A stretch of DNA of 64,000 bases from the human T2T-CHM13v2.0 reference genome, Homo sapiens. Positions 27,196-40,044 of this stretch are shown one piece after another. Position numbers and translations under genes: made by a program. The notes beneath the pieces are model-generated. The model made no database searches. It saw only the letters and a list, made by a program, of their open reading frames with translations, and had not been told where the DNA came from. The DNA lies in the NCBI RefSeq assembly GCF_009914755.1, contig NC_060938.1, one strand, 5' to 3'. Numbering within the stretch: position 1 is the stretch's first letter; the number at the start of each line of letters is the position of its first letter.

Positions 27196-28990
27196 CTCTG
27201 ATTCTTTCTTACTTGAGTTCAAATTCATTCTTGAGCTCTCTAGTGAATTTTTTATTTTAGGTGTTGTACTTTTAAGCTCCCAAATTTACGTATTTATTTA
27301 AATTCTTTGTCTCCCAAATCTAACATCTAGGTGCCTTTAGGGGCATTTTCTGTTGGTTGGTCTTTTTCCTTTGAATGGGCTATATGTTCCCATTTTATTG
27401 CATATGTCATAATTGTTTGTTGGAAACTGGACATTTTAGATAACACATTGTAACAATCTGTCGTTAGTTTCTCCTCTTCCAGGAATTGTTCTTGCTGGGT
27501 CTTTCTTTTCTCTTTTTGCTTGCTTTTGTTTTTATTTTTGCTGCCTGTTTGTTTAGTGGCTTTCCTGGCATAACTCTGTTTCCTGTACTATGCAGCCACT
27601 AAATTCCTTGTTCCCCACCTTTTGATCAGTTTGTTTATATCTTTAAGCCTGGTCTCCTGGGGTTCAGTCTTTTGTCAATACAATTTATTGCTCAGCAAGT
27701 GATCGATCAGATTTTCTTAACTGCCTTGAGCATCGGTTCTCCATCCTTTGCCAAAGTTATCTGTGTGGGAATGTACATACTTTCAAACTTCAAGCAGTTT
27801 AAAAACCCTCTGTAGTTTCCACTTCCTGCTTGTTTAGGGCCTCAAGGTCAGCAGTGAGCGACAGGGCCTCCTCCTTCCCCAGGTCTTTCTTGGACGTGTA
27901 TATAGCCCTGCACAGGCAGAAATACAGAACTCTTCAAGTTCCCCATGGCTTTTTAGTTCTATATGTCTTCCTTTTCATTTTTCGGCCAGGCTCTTGTTAG
28001 CCCCAACTGAAATCATAGCCTTAGGCAGCAGCAATGTTACCAGCAGATTCTTACCGTTTTCAGTAGTGCCATGGGCATGAAGTTTTATTTGCAGAGCTGA
28101 GTTCACAGACAAGTCAAATAGCAACAACATCATAGGAATAGAGATATTCTAGGCAGCTTCTGGTTGGGCTAAACTACTGACTTTCTCTGAGTATAGGCCC
28201 TTTAAAAAAAATTTTTTTTTGAGGCAGGGTCTCACTCTGTTGCCCAGGCTGGAGTGCAGTGGTCCGATCATGGCTCACTGCAGCCTCGAACTCCTGGGCT
28301 CAAGTGATCATCCCACCTCACAGGTGCATATCACCTGTGGGATCACAGGTGCATATCACCATGCCTAGCTAATTCTTAAAATTTTTTTTGTAGAGACAGG
28401 ATCTTGCTATGTTGCCAGGGCTGGTTCCAAACTCCTGGGCTCAAGCGATCTTCCTGCCTCAGTCTCCTGAAGTGCTGGGATTGCAGGCATGAACCACTGT
28501 GCCTGACAAAATAAAAATTACTTTTAATTGACACATAGTGATTGTGTATATATATATATATAAAATGGATAATGATGTTTCAATATATGCCATGTTAATG
28601 ATCAGATCATGGTAATTAGGATATCCATCATCTCAAACATTTATCATTTCTCTGTGTTGAGAACACGCAATATCCTCTCTTCCAGCTACAGAGCTTTAAA
28701 GCAGTCAATCCTCTTTTGGCTGCGAGAATGTTGGCTTTTCACCACCACTGCACCTCTGAGCTGGAGGGTGAGAGAGTATGAGAATAGCCCCAAGTTAAAT
28801 ACACCACAGACCCACTGGTATTACCAAGGTTCAGTAATTGGTAATTGGTGTTTTTCAGTTTGTTCTCGCGTGTAGTTAATTTCCAGAATTCAAAAATGGT
28901 CGAATTTTATTGTTTTGCAAGTATTTCTGTTGCTTTTGGGGGAGAGGGGGTTTACGGAATTTCCTAGTTATGTCATTTTTAGCATAACAC
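27196..28990 (-). mobile_element. L1M ORF1/5' UTR region, interrupted by AluJ and an L1MA 3' fragment (~28520-28688)
   Basis: 'ttgagctctctagtgaattttttattttaggtgttgtactttt', 'ttgttggaaactggacatttta'; 5'-end-like 'ttgcttttgggggagagggg'. Confidence 0.65.
28212..28507 (-). mobile_element. AluJ-like
   Basis: 'gatcatggctcactgcagcctcgaactcctgggctcaagtgat' and 'tgctatgttgcc' are J-type diagnostics. Confidence 0.9.
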
Positions 28991-28999
28991 TTTTGAGTT

Positions 29000-29395
29000 T
29001 CACCACGTTCCACATATCCGTAGTTTGTTTATATTTTCCAGTACAAGTCCATTTTATGGATATACTTCAGTCTGTTTATGCATTTCATCGGTTAAATAAA
29101 ATTTGTGTTATTTCTAATTTTTGGTGATTATGAATAAAACCACCGCAAACTTATACACATAAGTGTTTGTGTGAACATAACTTCTTTTCACTTCCTCTGG
29201 GTAAATATCTTGAAAGAGGATTTGCTGGGTTGCGGGGTAAGTGTGTGTTTAAAGCAATAAGAAACTGCAATTGCAAACCTGTTTTCAAAGCAGTTGTAAC
29301 ATTTTGCATTCCAAGCAGCAAAAAAGAAAAAGGGTATCTCAATTGCTCCACATCCTCACTATCACCATGGTATTCTTGTTTTTTCTTTTTTAAAA
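29000..29395 (-). mobile_element. L1ME fragment
   Basis: 'ttttcacttcctctgggtaaatatcttgaaagaggatttgctgggttg' and 'gttgtaacattttgcattccaagcagca'. Confidence 0.7.
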
Positions 29396-30214
29396 GAAAA
29401 GATGCCTCAGTGGCCCCCACCTTGCTGAGCAGGAGGCAAGTCTGCTCTCGGCTGTCAGCAGCAGAACCTGAAAGCGTCAGGCTTCTTTTAATCAAATCTA
29501 GGAAGTTTGCTCACCAGCCTGGTTGTCTAAACTTCCCCAGGGAAGATATTGTCTGAGCTCTGCATGGAGGCTGCTCCCACCTGGATCCAAGGAGCTCAGA
29601 AGACCCTCCCAGGCCCCTGCAGGTGAGCCGTTCCCAGGGGAACCACTGCCTTCTCCTGCCCTCCGCTGCAGGTGTGGGCTGCAGGTGGGCTGATCCCCCC
29701 CTCTGTCCCCACGGGTGACTCCTGCGTCAGGAGGGAAAGGACCCTTGGCCTTGGAGTGCCTGGGAGGGGCGGGGGCCAGCTCCAGCTGCAGCTGCCTTTT
29801 CCAGGGGTTCTCAGGAATAAGCCATGAACAAAAGCAGATGTCTCAGCTTGGAGGAACTTTGAGTCATCTGGACCAATCCAGTCAGGTCACAGAACTGCAC
29901 ACTGAGGCACAAACTCCAGAGGGAGCAGGGTCTATGCAGAAAGAAAGCTCAGCACTGGTGTGGTCTTGGACAAGTCACTTCCCCTCTGTCTGGGGCCTCA
30001 GTCTCCCTGAGGGGAGTGGGTGGGCTGACCCGGTTGCCCTCCAAGTTGCCTTCTGTCTGTGACACTCCAAGTCCAGGGTCTCCTGCCCAGCATCTGACCT
30101 AGAGTTAAATTGGGTCACAATAAGTCTGGAATCATTGGAGAGTTTCTGGTTGCATGGCTGAGCCTCAAGATTATAAAATGGAAATAATCCCTGCACCAAA
30201 GATACGGCCTGCTG

Positions 30215-30470
30215 TCCCTCCCTCCCCTCCTTTCCTTCCTCTCCTTCCTCTCCTTTCTTCCTTCCTTCCTTCCCTCCCTCCCTCCCTCCCTTCCTTCCCC
30301 CTCCCCTCTTCTCCCCTCCCCTCCCCTTCCCTTCCTTCCCTCCTCTCTCCCTCCCTTCCTTCTCTCTCTGTGCCTCTCCCTCTCTGTCTCTGTTGTAGGG
30401 AGTTATCCTCCCTCTGTCCCTTCTTTCTCTCTGTGCCTCTCCCTCTCTGTCTCCATTGTAAGGAGTTATA
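30215..30470. repeat. Polypyrimidine (CCTT/CCCT/CT)n tract followed by a ~45-bp direct repeat
   Basis: Nearly pure C/T from 30215-30390; 'ctctctgtgcctctccctctctgtctc..tgta.ggagttat' occurs twice. Confidence 0.9.
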
Positions 30471-30849
30471 CCAGCGACTGAGGGAGATTGACTTTAATTC
30501 TCCTCCTCCCTTGCCATTCACCCCCATTCTCTGCTTACCTTCCCTTTCCTGCCCCCATGGCTGACTGCAGCACCTCCACCTGGCAGTCCCAGTTGGTCTC
30601 TGCCAGTGGAAAGGACTGTGTCCCCATGAACCATGGGCTTTGACACCACTGTGGAACTGAAGAACTGTAGACATGGAATTGCCCCAGGAGCTCAGGGAGG
30701 CCGCTGCAGGCCTGGGATTCCTGACAGCCTGGGCTGCAAATGCTCACCTTTCTTCACATAAGGAAAGGGGAAGAGCAGGCAGTAGGAAGGCAGGGGCAGG
30801 GAAGGATTTCAGCCTAACAGCAACCTGACACCCACTGTGTATCACCTGA

Positions 30850-31620
30850 GGCCGGGCGTGGGGAGGACTCGGGACTGACCACGCTGCTTCCTTTGAGTCT
30901 TTGGCAAGGGATTCTGATGGAGGGGAGGCCAGATTGGGCCGGGGTGGGGCAGAGTGAGTCATGGCAGCGCCACCCACCTCGCCGGGTGAGGCCAGGGCGT
31001 GGGCTCTTGCCTGAACACTCCAGGGCTTGCTTCCCTGGACTCCGGGCTGAGGGACAAGAAGCCGGGGTCGCGCTCCCACTCGGGGGTCTCAGCCTCCCTC
31101 CCAGTGCCCACTCCCTCCCGTAGCTCCCCCTCCTCCTCCCCACCTCCCTCCACCTCCCTGCCTTGCTCACCATTTCCCATGGCGTCCATCACCAGGGGCA
31201 GTGGGGATGGAGCAAGAGCCTGTGCCCGGACAGCCCTCCCGGCTTGGGCCTCTCCACGCCTTCCAGAGGGAGCGGAGCCGTGAGATTCAAGGCTTCGCCG
31301 AGACTGCCAGGGAGGTGGGCTTTCAAAGAAGCGGCAAATAAATGACCGCGGAAGTTGTGGCCCCTGAATAGGTTGCCACCAGCCGGCATGAACACGGCTG
31401 GTGTCTTTGCCAGCCCAAAAGAAAATCATCTCCCCCGCCCCGCCTTTTTTTTCTTTTTTTCCTGAAAGCCAGTTGGAAACTGGAAATCTGCTTTGGCGAG
31501 TTCTCGCCGCTCAGCAAAGCTCGTCAGCAAAGCAAAACTCGGCCAGTGCAGCTATTTTCGTAGGTCGGTGCCAGTGGCGGCGCGCAGGGCCAAGTCCTTC
31601 CGAGCTGAAGTGACCCTGGT
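30850..31620. promoter_or_regulatory. Candidate CpG-enriched cis-regulatory element
   Basis: Locally dense CpGs in apparently unique DNA. Motifs: TTCAAAG (TCF/LEF, 31322-31328), CGGAAGT (ETS, 31349-31355), CCCCGCCCC (SP/KLF, ~31433-31441), two TCAGCAAAG half-MARE-like sites (31511, 31524). Confidence 0.5.
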
Positions 31621-32119
31621 TTTCTCAAGGCTCCCCCTCCATGGTCTCACTGCTGGAGGGAGAGAGGAGCGGGTCTTGGGATGGACCCCAAGGCAGGGAG
31701 AAACGGGGTTTAGTTATGAACGTGCTGTCATCAAGGTGTGGTCTCTGGAACTGGGTTTCAAAATGGCTTGGATGTCCTCAATGGGAAAAGGAGGAGTCTT
31801 TAGGCCGGGTGATGGAACTCACAGGTGCCATTTGCAGACATCTCCGTGGAAGTGAAAGTCTGATTTCCCGGGGCTTGATTCCTAGAGAGGCAGTGGCCAG
31901 CCTGGGATGCTTCTCATGGGTGCACCAGGAGAACCGGGGGTATGTGAGGGCCTCAGAGACCTGGCCCAGGACCGCACCTCCGCCCCTGGACAACCTCGTG
32001 AGCAATGTAGGGGAGCGTGGCTCACCCCACAGCCATCTCAGGGCCGCTTATGAATATTGGAATGTTCTTCCTTAGATGAAGCCAAATTTGCCTCTCTGTA
32101 CTTCACACAGGACAGTCAC

Positions 32120-32270
32120 AAAGCTTTTTCTTTTAAGCTGGTGGAGATTTTGCATAGCATCAGTTTAATCCTCCTCATTTCAAAGATGGAGAAACTGAGG
32201 CCCAGAAAGGGACAGTGGTTGAACTGGGGGCAAAGCCAGGTCAACCCTCTTACATCGGCCCCCAACCCTG
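32120..32270 (-). mobile_element. MIR SINE
   Basis: 'cctcctcatttcaaagatggagaaactgaggcccagaaagggacagtgg'. Confidence 0.7.
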
Positions 32271-33114
32271 GCCCTAGCTCTGCCCTCCGAGACCACTTGG
32301 CCGAGCTGTCCCCTTCTCAGGGAGACAACCTCTCCCTGAGCTCTGTGACGCTGGCCTGGGCACAGACCCTAAGCCCCCTCCCAGTTCCAGCCCACACCCT
32401 GGCCGTCCTCGCTCAGGCACTTCCAGAAAAATCTCCAAGTCCATTGGTCAGCAGCCGTCAGACACTCAGGGCTCCTGGGCTCCCAACCCTCTCACCAGGT
32501 CTAGAGCTGCCCCCGAGCCCCTCCCCCAGGCCTCCCTCCAGGCCCACTTTCCTGCCCCATTGTCCTTCTTACCCCAGACCCAGAGCTCACATTGACCTTG
32601 GTGGGGTCTGGTTCTTCAGTGCCCCGTAGGCACTTCCTGCTGCTGTGTGCATCTGGCCACGAGGTCCTTTCAGGAGAGTCTTCCCTTCTCCTTCCTCTTT
32701 GCTGGGGAATCCTAGAGACATTGCCTTGGGACAAGCCTAGTGCTGAACATAATGGGAGATCCTTGCTTTGCTCTGTGGGAGAAGATGCTTGGCTGACCCG
32801 GATATGAGGTGTGCAGCCTCCCCCGCACCCTATCACAGCAGAGGAAGAGCTCAGATAACTTTTGCATCTGGGGTCTTTCCTCCTGTTCCAGGGAATGTGA
32901 GGTGGGAACTCAGCCTTGCAGATGAGCCAACTCCCTTTCCAGGGCCTGTGGGACCCATGCTGGGGAGGGGGTTACCCCTCTGGGTCCCTGCCTACTGCCC
33001 CTGACACCCTGGTGTCTCAAGTCAGTAAGATTCAGACTCTTTATTTGAATTAATTTAATTTATTATTTTAATATGGAAGCCCCAGTCCTCTTCCTTCTTC
33101 TTCTTTTTTTTTTT

Positions 33115-33395
33115 TGCAATTTTTACAATTGAAGTAGAATCAATATACAATAAAATATATCTCAAATAAACAGCTTGATGAGTTTTGAAAATGCAACCAC
33201 CCACATCATTAACCCACAAATCAGGACATAGAACATGTCCATCACCCTAGAAAGCCCACCCTATCTCCAGTCAATGGACCCCTCCCCTCTAGAGGCTGAC
33301 GCTGCTCTGACTCACATCCCCATGGGTTGGCTTTGCCTGCCCTAGACCTTCACAAGAATAGAATCATTTTGTGTGTGTCTGACAGCCTTCACCAA
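33115..33395 (-). mobile_element. L1ME 3' end
   Basis: 'acagcttgatgagttttgaaaatg...aaatcaggacatagaacatgtccatcaccctagaaag'. Confidence 0.75.
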
Positions 33396-33399
33396 GTAA

Positions 33400-33701
33400 G
33401 AGGTTTCTCCACAGGGCTCCCTCCTTGGCTTGGCTTGTGGATGGCTGCCTTTTGCTGCGTCCTCACAGGGCATGTCCCTGTGTGCACATATCCCTGGTGT
33501 CTCTTTCTCTTCCTGTAAGGTTCCCCAGTCATATGGGATTAGGGCTCCACCCATACAACCTCATTTAACCTTAATCACCTAACCTTAATCATGTAACCTT
33601 AATCACCAAGGGTCCTATTTCCAAATACTGTCACATTCTAAGGTACTGGGGATTGGGCTTTAACATAGGAGTTTTGGAGGGATGCAATTTAGTTCATAAC
33701 A
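33400..33701 (-). mobile_element. MLT1A0-like LTR
   Basis: 'ccagtcatatgggattagggctccaccc', 'cctcatttaaccttaatcacc', 'ccaaatactgtcacattctaaggtactgggg'; ends 'ttcataaca'. Confidence 0.85.
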
Positions 33702-33704
33702 GAG

Positions 33705-34067
33705 TGATATGGTTTGGCTGTGTCTCCGCCCAAATCTCATCTTGAATTGCAGCTCCCATAATCCCCACCTGTCGTGGGAGGGGTGCAGAGGGAGGTAATT
33801 GAATTGTGGGGGTGGGGTTTTCCCATGCTGTTCTTGTGATAGTGAATAAGTCTCATGAGAGCTGATGGTTTTATAAAGGGGCCTTCCCCGCACACACTTT
33901 CCTGCCTGCTGCCATGTAAGATGTGTCTTTGCTCCTCCTTCACCTTCTGCTGTGATTGTGAGGTCTCCCCAGCCATGTGGAACTCTGAGTCCATTAAACC
34001 GCTTTCCTTTATAAATTACCCAATCTCAGGTGTGTCTTTATTGGCAGTGTGAGAACAGATAAATACA
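33705..34067 (+). mobile_element. THE1 (THE1C/D-like) solo LTR
   Basis: Starts 'tgatatggtttggctgtgtc', contains 'gtgaataagtctcatgaga' and 'ccattaaacc', ends 'aataca'. Confidence 0.92.
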
Positions 34068-36487
34068 CACAAACATTTAGAAACTGTTAATTTCTAAATG
34101 TCTTTCCTCATTGATAGTTTTTGATGATTTTCTAACTTCATCTTTCCTTCCATATTTATTAGTTTTAATTCTTCTGAAGGAAGAACTTTCCCTTCTCCAC
34201 ATTTATTTCTTTATTCATTTCAGCATAGATGTGGATTTCTCTTATATTCAATGGGTTGAAACTCATTACTATCATTATTTATCTTTGTGCTCTAATTATC
34301 CTGAATTTGGCCAGTGGTAGCTTCTTTCATCTGGTTCCTGTTTTTTTGGCAAGTGCTCATAATTTTTTTCATAGATTTTATATTTTAGAGCCATTTTAGA
34401 CTCATTGCAAAATTGAGTTGGAAGCTCTGAGGTCCCATATACCCCCTGCCCCCACACACATAATCCCCCTGCCCATTATCAAAATTCTGCACCACATGGA
34501 CGTGTTTTCTGAGCACTTCCTCCAGATATTTGTGCTTGTTTTTATTCCCCAGTACCTTCAAAATTCTTTATTATGTCCAGGTTTTACAATTGTTTTCTGT
34601 AGGGTGTGTGTAGGGGTGGGAGTGTTTCAGTAGGGTATTGCCTCACCACGCCTGAAAGCAGAAATCCCACGCCTATCTTTTATTATCTGGAGTGGAGATA
34701 TTTCATTTTAATTAGGGGGTTTAGTCTACTTGCAGTTAATAAAATGATTGATACGGTTGGGTTCAAGTTTACTATCTTACTGCTGGTTTTCTATTTACCC
34801 CCTTTTATTTGTTCTTTGCTTTCTTCTTCCATACCTTCGTTTGAGTTATTTGGGGGTTTTTTTGTATTCCATTTTATTTCCTTTTATGGGTTTTCAGCTA
34901 TACTTCTTTGTATTAGTTTTACTTGTTTCTGCAGGCTTACAATATGCATTCTTAACACATAATGGTCCAATGGGAATGAATGTTATGCCATCTCACGTAT
35001 AAGCTAAGATGCAGCAGTATAATTCCATTTCTTCCCTCCCATCCTCTGAATTATTGCTGCCATAAATCTTACTTCAGTAAGTGACAAGCCCTATTGTTCA
35101 CCCATTGAACAATCAATTGTCTTTTAAGGAATTAGAAAAATACAATTTTCCATTTATGCACATAGTAACGATTTCCAACGCTCTGCATTCCTCTCTGCAC
35201 AGCACAACTTTCACTCATTATCATGTCCCTTCGGACTGAAGAAATTCCTTTAGCATTTCTTGTAGTGCAAGTCTGTTGGCAAAGAATCTTCCTGTATTTC
35301 ATTTCCCCAAGAATGTCATTATTTCTCTCTCATGTTTATTAGACTTTACTTTTTTTATTTTTTAGAGCTGTTTTAGTTTCACTGGAAAATTGAGCAGACG
35401 GTACAGAGAAGGTACATACACCTCCTGAGCACCCCTCACGTGCCCAGCCTCCCACATTATCAGCATCCCCCACCAGAGTGGTCCACTCGTTACAACTGAT
35501 GAACCTACAGTGACACAGCATTCCACCCATAGTGTATGTTACGGTCCACTCGTGATGTTGTACATTCTATGCATTTGGGCAAATTTATAATAACACTATA
35601 GTATATAATAACCACTATAGTATCATACTGAACATTCACTGCCCTAAACATCCTCTGTGCCTCACCCACTCATCTCTCCCTCCCTCCTACCCCCTGCTAT
35701 TGATACTGTCTCTATAGTTTGCCCTTCCCAGGGTGTCATATAGTTAGAATCACACAGTATGTAACCTTTTCAGGGGACTGGCTTCTTTCACTTAGTGATA
35801 CGCATTTAAGCTTCCTCCATGTCTTTTTATGATAGCTCATTTCTTTTTAGCACTAAATAATATTCCATTGTCTGAATATACCACAGTTTATTTATCCATT
35901 CACCTCCTGAAGGACATCTTAGCTGCTCTCGAGTTTTGGTAATTATGAATAAAGAGTCTATAAATATCCATGTGAAGGTTTTGCATGGACATAACTTTTC
36001 AACTCCTGTGAGTAAATTCAACGTGATTGCTGAATTGTGTGGTAAGAGTGTGTTTAGCATTGTAAGAAAGTGTCAAACTGTCTTCCAGAGTGACTGTAGC
36101 ATTTTGCATTCCCGCAGCAATGAATGAGAGTTCCCGTTGCTCCACATCCTCAGCAGCATGTGGTGTTGTCGGTGTTCTGGATTTTGGCCATTTTAATAGG
36201 CGTGTAGAGGTAGCTGGTTGTGGTTTTAATTTGCACTTCTCTGACAATGTTGAGCATCATTTAATTATGCTTACTTGCCATCTGTATATCTTCTTTGGTG
36301 AGGTGTCTATTAAGGTCTTTGGCTCATTTTAAAAATAAAGTTGTTCATTTTCTTATTATTGAGTTTTGAGAGTTCTTTGTATATTTTGAATAAAAGACAT
36401 TTATCAGATATATCTTTTGAAAATATTTTCTCCTAGTCTGTGACTTTTCTTCTTATTCTCTTGAGAATGCCTTTTGCAGAGCAGAAA

Positions 36488-36696
36488 TTTTTTATTTTTA
36501 TTTTTTTGAGACAGGGTCTCACTCTGTCACCCAGGCTGGAGGGCAGTGATGCAATCATAGCTCACTGCAGCTTTTAACCCCTGGGTTCAAGTGATCCTCC
36601 TGCCTTAGCCTCCTGGGACTTCAGGCATACACCACCATGCCTGGCTAATTTTAAAAATTTTAATAGAGATGAAATCTCACTATGTTGCCCAAGTTG
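36488..36696 (-). mobile_element. 5'-truncated AluJ
   Basis: Right arm plus part of the left arm, flanked by 'gaa(a)tttttt(t)atttt' direct repeats. Confidence 0.85.
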
Positions 36697-37316
36697 GGAA
36701 TTTTTTTATTTTAGTGAAGTCCAACTTATGATTTTTTTTCTCTCATGGGCCATGCTTTTGGGGTCATATCTAAAAAGTCATCTCCAAACCTAAGGTTATT
36801 GAAGTTTTCTCCTGTGTTATCTTCTAGTAGTTTGACAGTTTTGCATTTTACACTTAAGTCTGTGATCGTTTTGAGTTAATTTTTGTGAAGGATGTAGGTC
36901 TGTATCTAGATTTATTATTTTGCATGTGGAAGTAGAGTTCTTTCAGCACCATTTGTTGAAAGAATTGTTTTTCTTCGTTGTATTGCCCTTGCTTCTTTCA
37001 AAGATCAGTTGACTACATTTGTGTGGGTCTGCTTCTGGGCTGTCTATTCTGTTCCACTAATTGACTTGTCTATTCTTTTACCAATACCACACTGTCTTGA
37101 TTACTATAGCTGTATAGTAAGTCTTGAAGTCAGGTAGTATCATTCCTCCAACTATGTTCTTCTCCTTTAACATCATGTTGGCTATCTTGATCTGTTGCTT
37201 TTCCATATAAACTTTAGATTCAATTTGTTGATACCCACAAAATAACTTGCTAGGATTTTTAATGGATAACATTAAAACTACAGATCAGTTTGGGAAGAGC
37301 TGACAACAATCCATGA

Positions 37317-37645
<329 letters not shown>

Positions 37646-39637
37646 ATTCTTTGATTTCTTTCATCCGAATTTTGTAATTTTCTTCATATAGATCTTGTAC
37701 ATATTTTGTGAGATTTGTACCTGAGTATTTCATGTTCAGGGTGCTAAATTTCAAATTTCACTTGTTTATTGCTGGTATATTGGAAAGCAGTTGATTTGGG
37801 GTATTAACTTTGTATCCTGCAACCTTGCTATAATTGCTTATTATGCCCAGGAAGCTTTTTTTCTATCCTTTTTGATTTTCTATAGAGACAATCATGTCTT
37901 TTGCAAACAAAAACAGTTTTATTTCTTCCTTCCCAAGCTTTATACCTTTAATTTCATTTTCTTGTATTGCATTAGCTAGAACTTCCAGCATGATGCTGAA
38001 AAGCAGTGGTGATAGAGACATCCTTGACTTATTCTCAGTCTTAACAGGAAAGCTTCAAATTTCTCACCATTAAATATGATAGCTGTAGGGTTTTTGCAGA
38101 TATTCTTTTTTAAGGAAGTTCCTCTCTATTTCTAGTTTACTGAGAGTTTTAAAAATCCATGAATAGGTGTTAAATTTTGTCAGATGGTTTTTCTGCATCT
38201 ATTGATATGACCACATAATTTTTTAACCTGTTAATGTGATGGATTACATTTGATTGATTTTTGAATGTTGAATCAGCCTTGCATACTTGGGATAAATGCC
38301 ACTTGGTTGTGGTATATACTTCTTTTTATACAGTGTTGGATTTATTTGCCAGTATGGTTTAGGGTTTTTGTATCTCTGTTCATGAGCAATATTGGTCTGT
38401 AGTTTTCTTTTCTTGCGATGTCTTTCGACTGGTAGTAGGGTAATGCCGGCCTCATGGAATGATTTAGGAAGTATTCTTACTGTTTCTATCTTCTGAAAGA
38501 AACTGTAGATAACTGTTATAACTTCTCCTTTGAATGATTGGTAGGATTCACAGGTGAACCCATCTGGATCTAGTGCTCTCTGTTTTAGAGGGTTCTTATT
38601 TATTTATTTAATTTCCATAATAGATATAGGCCTATCAGGTTATCTGTTTCTTCTTATGTGAGTTTTGGCAGAGTATTTTTCAAGGAATTGGTTCATTTCT
38701 TCTAGATTATTAAATCTGTAGGTATAGAATTGTTATGGCATTCCTTTTTTGTTCTTTTCATTTTCATGGGACCAGTAGTGATGGCTTCTATTTCATTTCT
38801 GATGTTAGTAATTTGTGTCTTCTTTCTTAGTTAACCAGGCTAGAGGTTTACCAATTCTATTGATTTTTTTTTTTTCAAAGAACCAGCTTTTGGAGTTAGG
38901 TATTTCCCTTCCTCCATGTAGAAGGCTAGAGCTGGCTGAAAATGGGTATTTTCCTTTCCCCAGGTTAGTTAGGCTCTGATAAAACCCCAGCAGGTTAAGC
39001 TCTGGTCAAATAGTTTCTCCTGAGGGCAGACCTTATTAAGAAGAATATAATGCTCTAGTATATATCAAAATGGTTCCCTTTCCCCTTTCCTTGCCAGAAG
39101 CAGGAGGGAATTTTTCTCCAATATTCACTATGAGGACCTGATAGAGGTTCTGCAGGTAAAACTCACAAGATAGTTCCCTCCTACTCCCATGACCGGCTCT
39201 TCCTGGAATTTTTAGCTCTCAGATTTGTCCACATTAAGCCTCCAGCAATTTTTTGATTACACTTTAGGTTTTTCTATGCTGGCACTGGTTTCCATGAGGT
39301 TTCAGTGAATGGGTTTCTGTTCCAGTAAGTTTTGAATCTCTGAATTTGCCTATCTTTCCAATTCAGGGGGGAAGAGGAGTGCCCTGCATCTCACCTCTTG
39401 TACAGATGTAAGAAGAGTCATTGATTTTCAAACAAGTCGTTGGTTTTGAAAGCAGTTTGTTCAGTTTTTTCTTTTTTTTTTACCTTTTGGGAGAGAGTGG
39501 CAACTTTTAAGCTTCTTACATGCCTGACTGGAAACTGAAAATCTCCTTTATTTTTGAAAGATATTTTTGCTGGAGACAGAATTCTGGAAGGCCATATTTT
39601 TCTTTTAGCACTTTAAAGATGTTCTTCTATTGTTACG

Positions 39638-40044
39638 TGAAAGATTCTCCCCAGGGCCTGAAAGCTTGAAGGGATGAGTAACTCCCCCCTTCTCAGGCCC
39701 AGTCCCAAGGCGCAAGGCTACTTACTTCAGCAGCGTGTGTCAGCAAGATAGCAGAAGCAGGAAGAGAGCCCACCAGAAGACACCTACCCTGGCCGGAAGA
39801 CACGTACCCCTAAAGATCAAGAAAGAGGCCATCCGGGTACTACCTAGCAGTCACGTCAGACTGGGACACTTCCTGTTTACAGAGGACTATAAAATTCCTT
39901 CCCCCTCTTCATTTGGGGCTGACGCCATTTTAGGCCTCAGCCAGCCCGCACCCAGGGGCTCATTAAAACAGCGTGTTGCTCCACACCGCCTGGTGTTGTC
40001 TGTTGGTGCGCTCTCGAGGTTTGAACGGATACAAGGACCTTTCA
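39638..40044 (+). mobile_element. MER48-like ERV1 solo LTR (407 bp)
   Basis: TG...CA ends ('tgaaagattctcccc'...'ggacctttca'); 5-bp TSD ttacg/ttatg; TATAAAA at 39888-39894; ATTAAA poly(A) signal at ~39962. Confidence 0.85.

Noticed and set aside
33960-33980. PRDM9 hotspot 13-mer in the THE1 LTRs (also ~52455-52470)
   Set aside because: The sequences read TCTCCCCAGCCAT and CCTCCCCAGCTGT; neither matches CCTCCCTNNCCAC.
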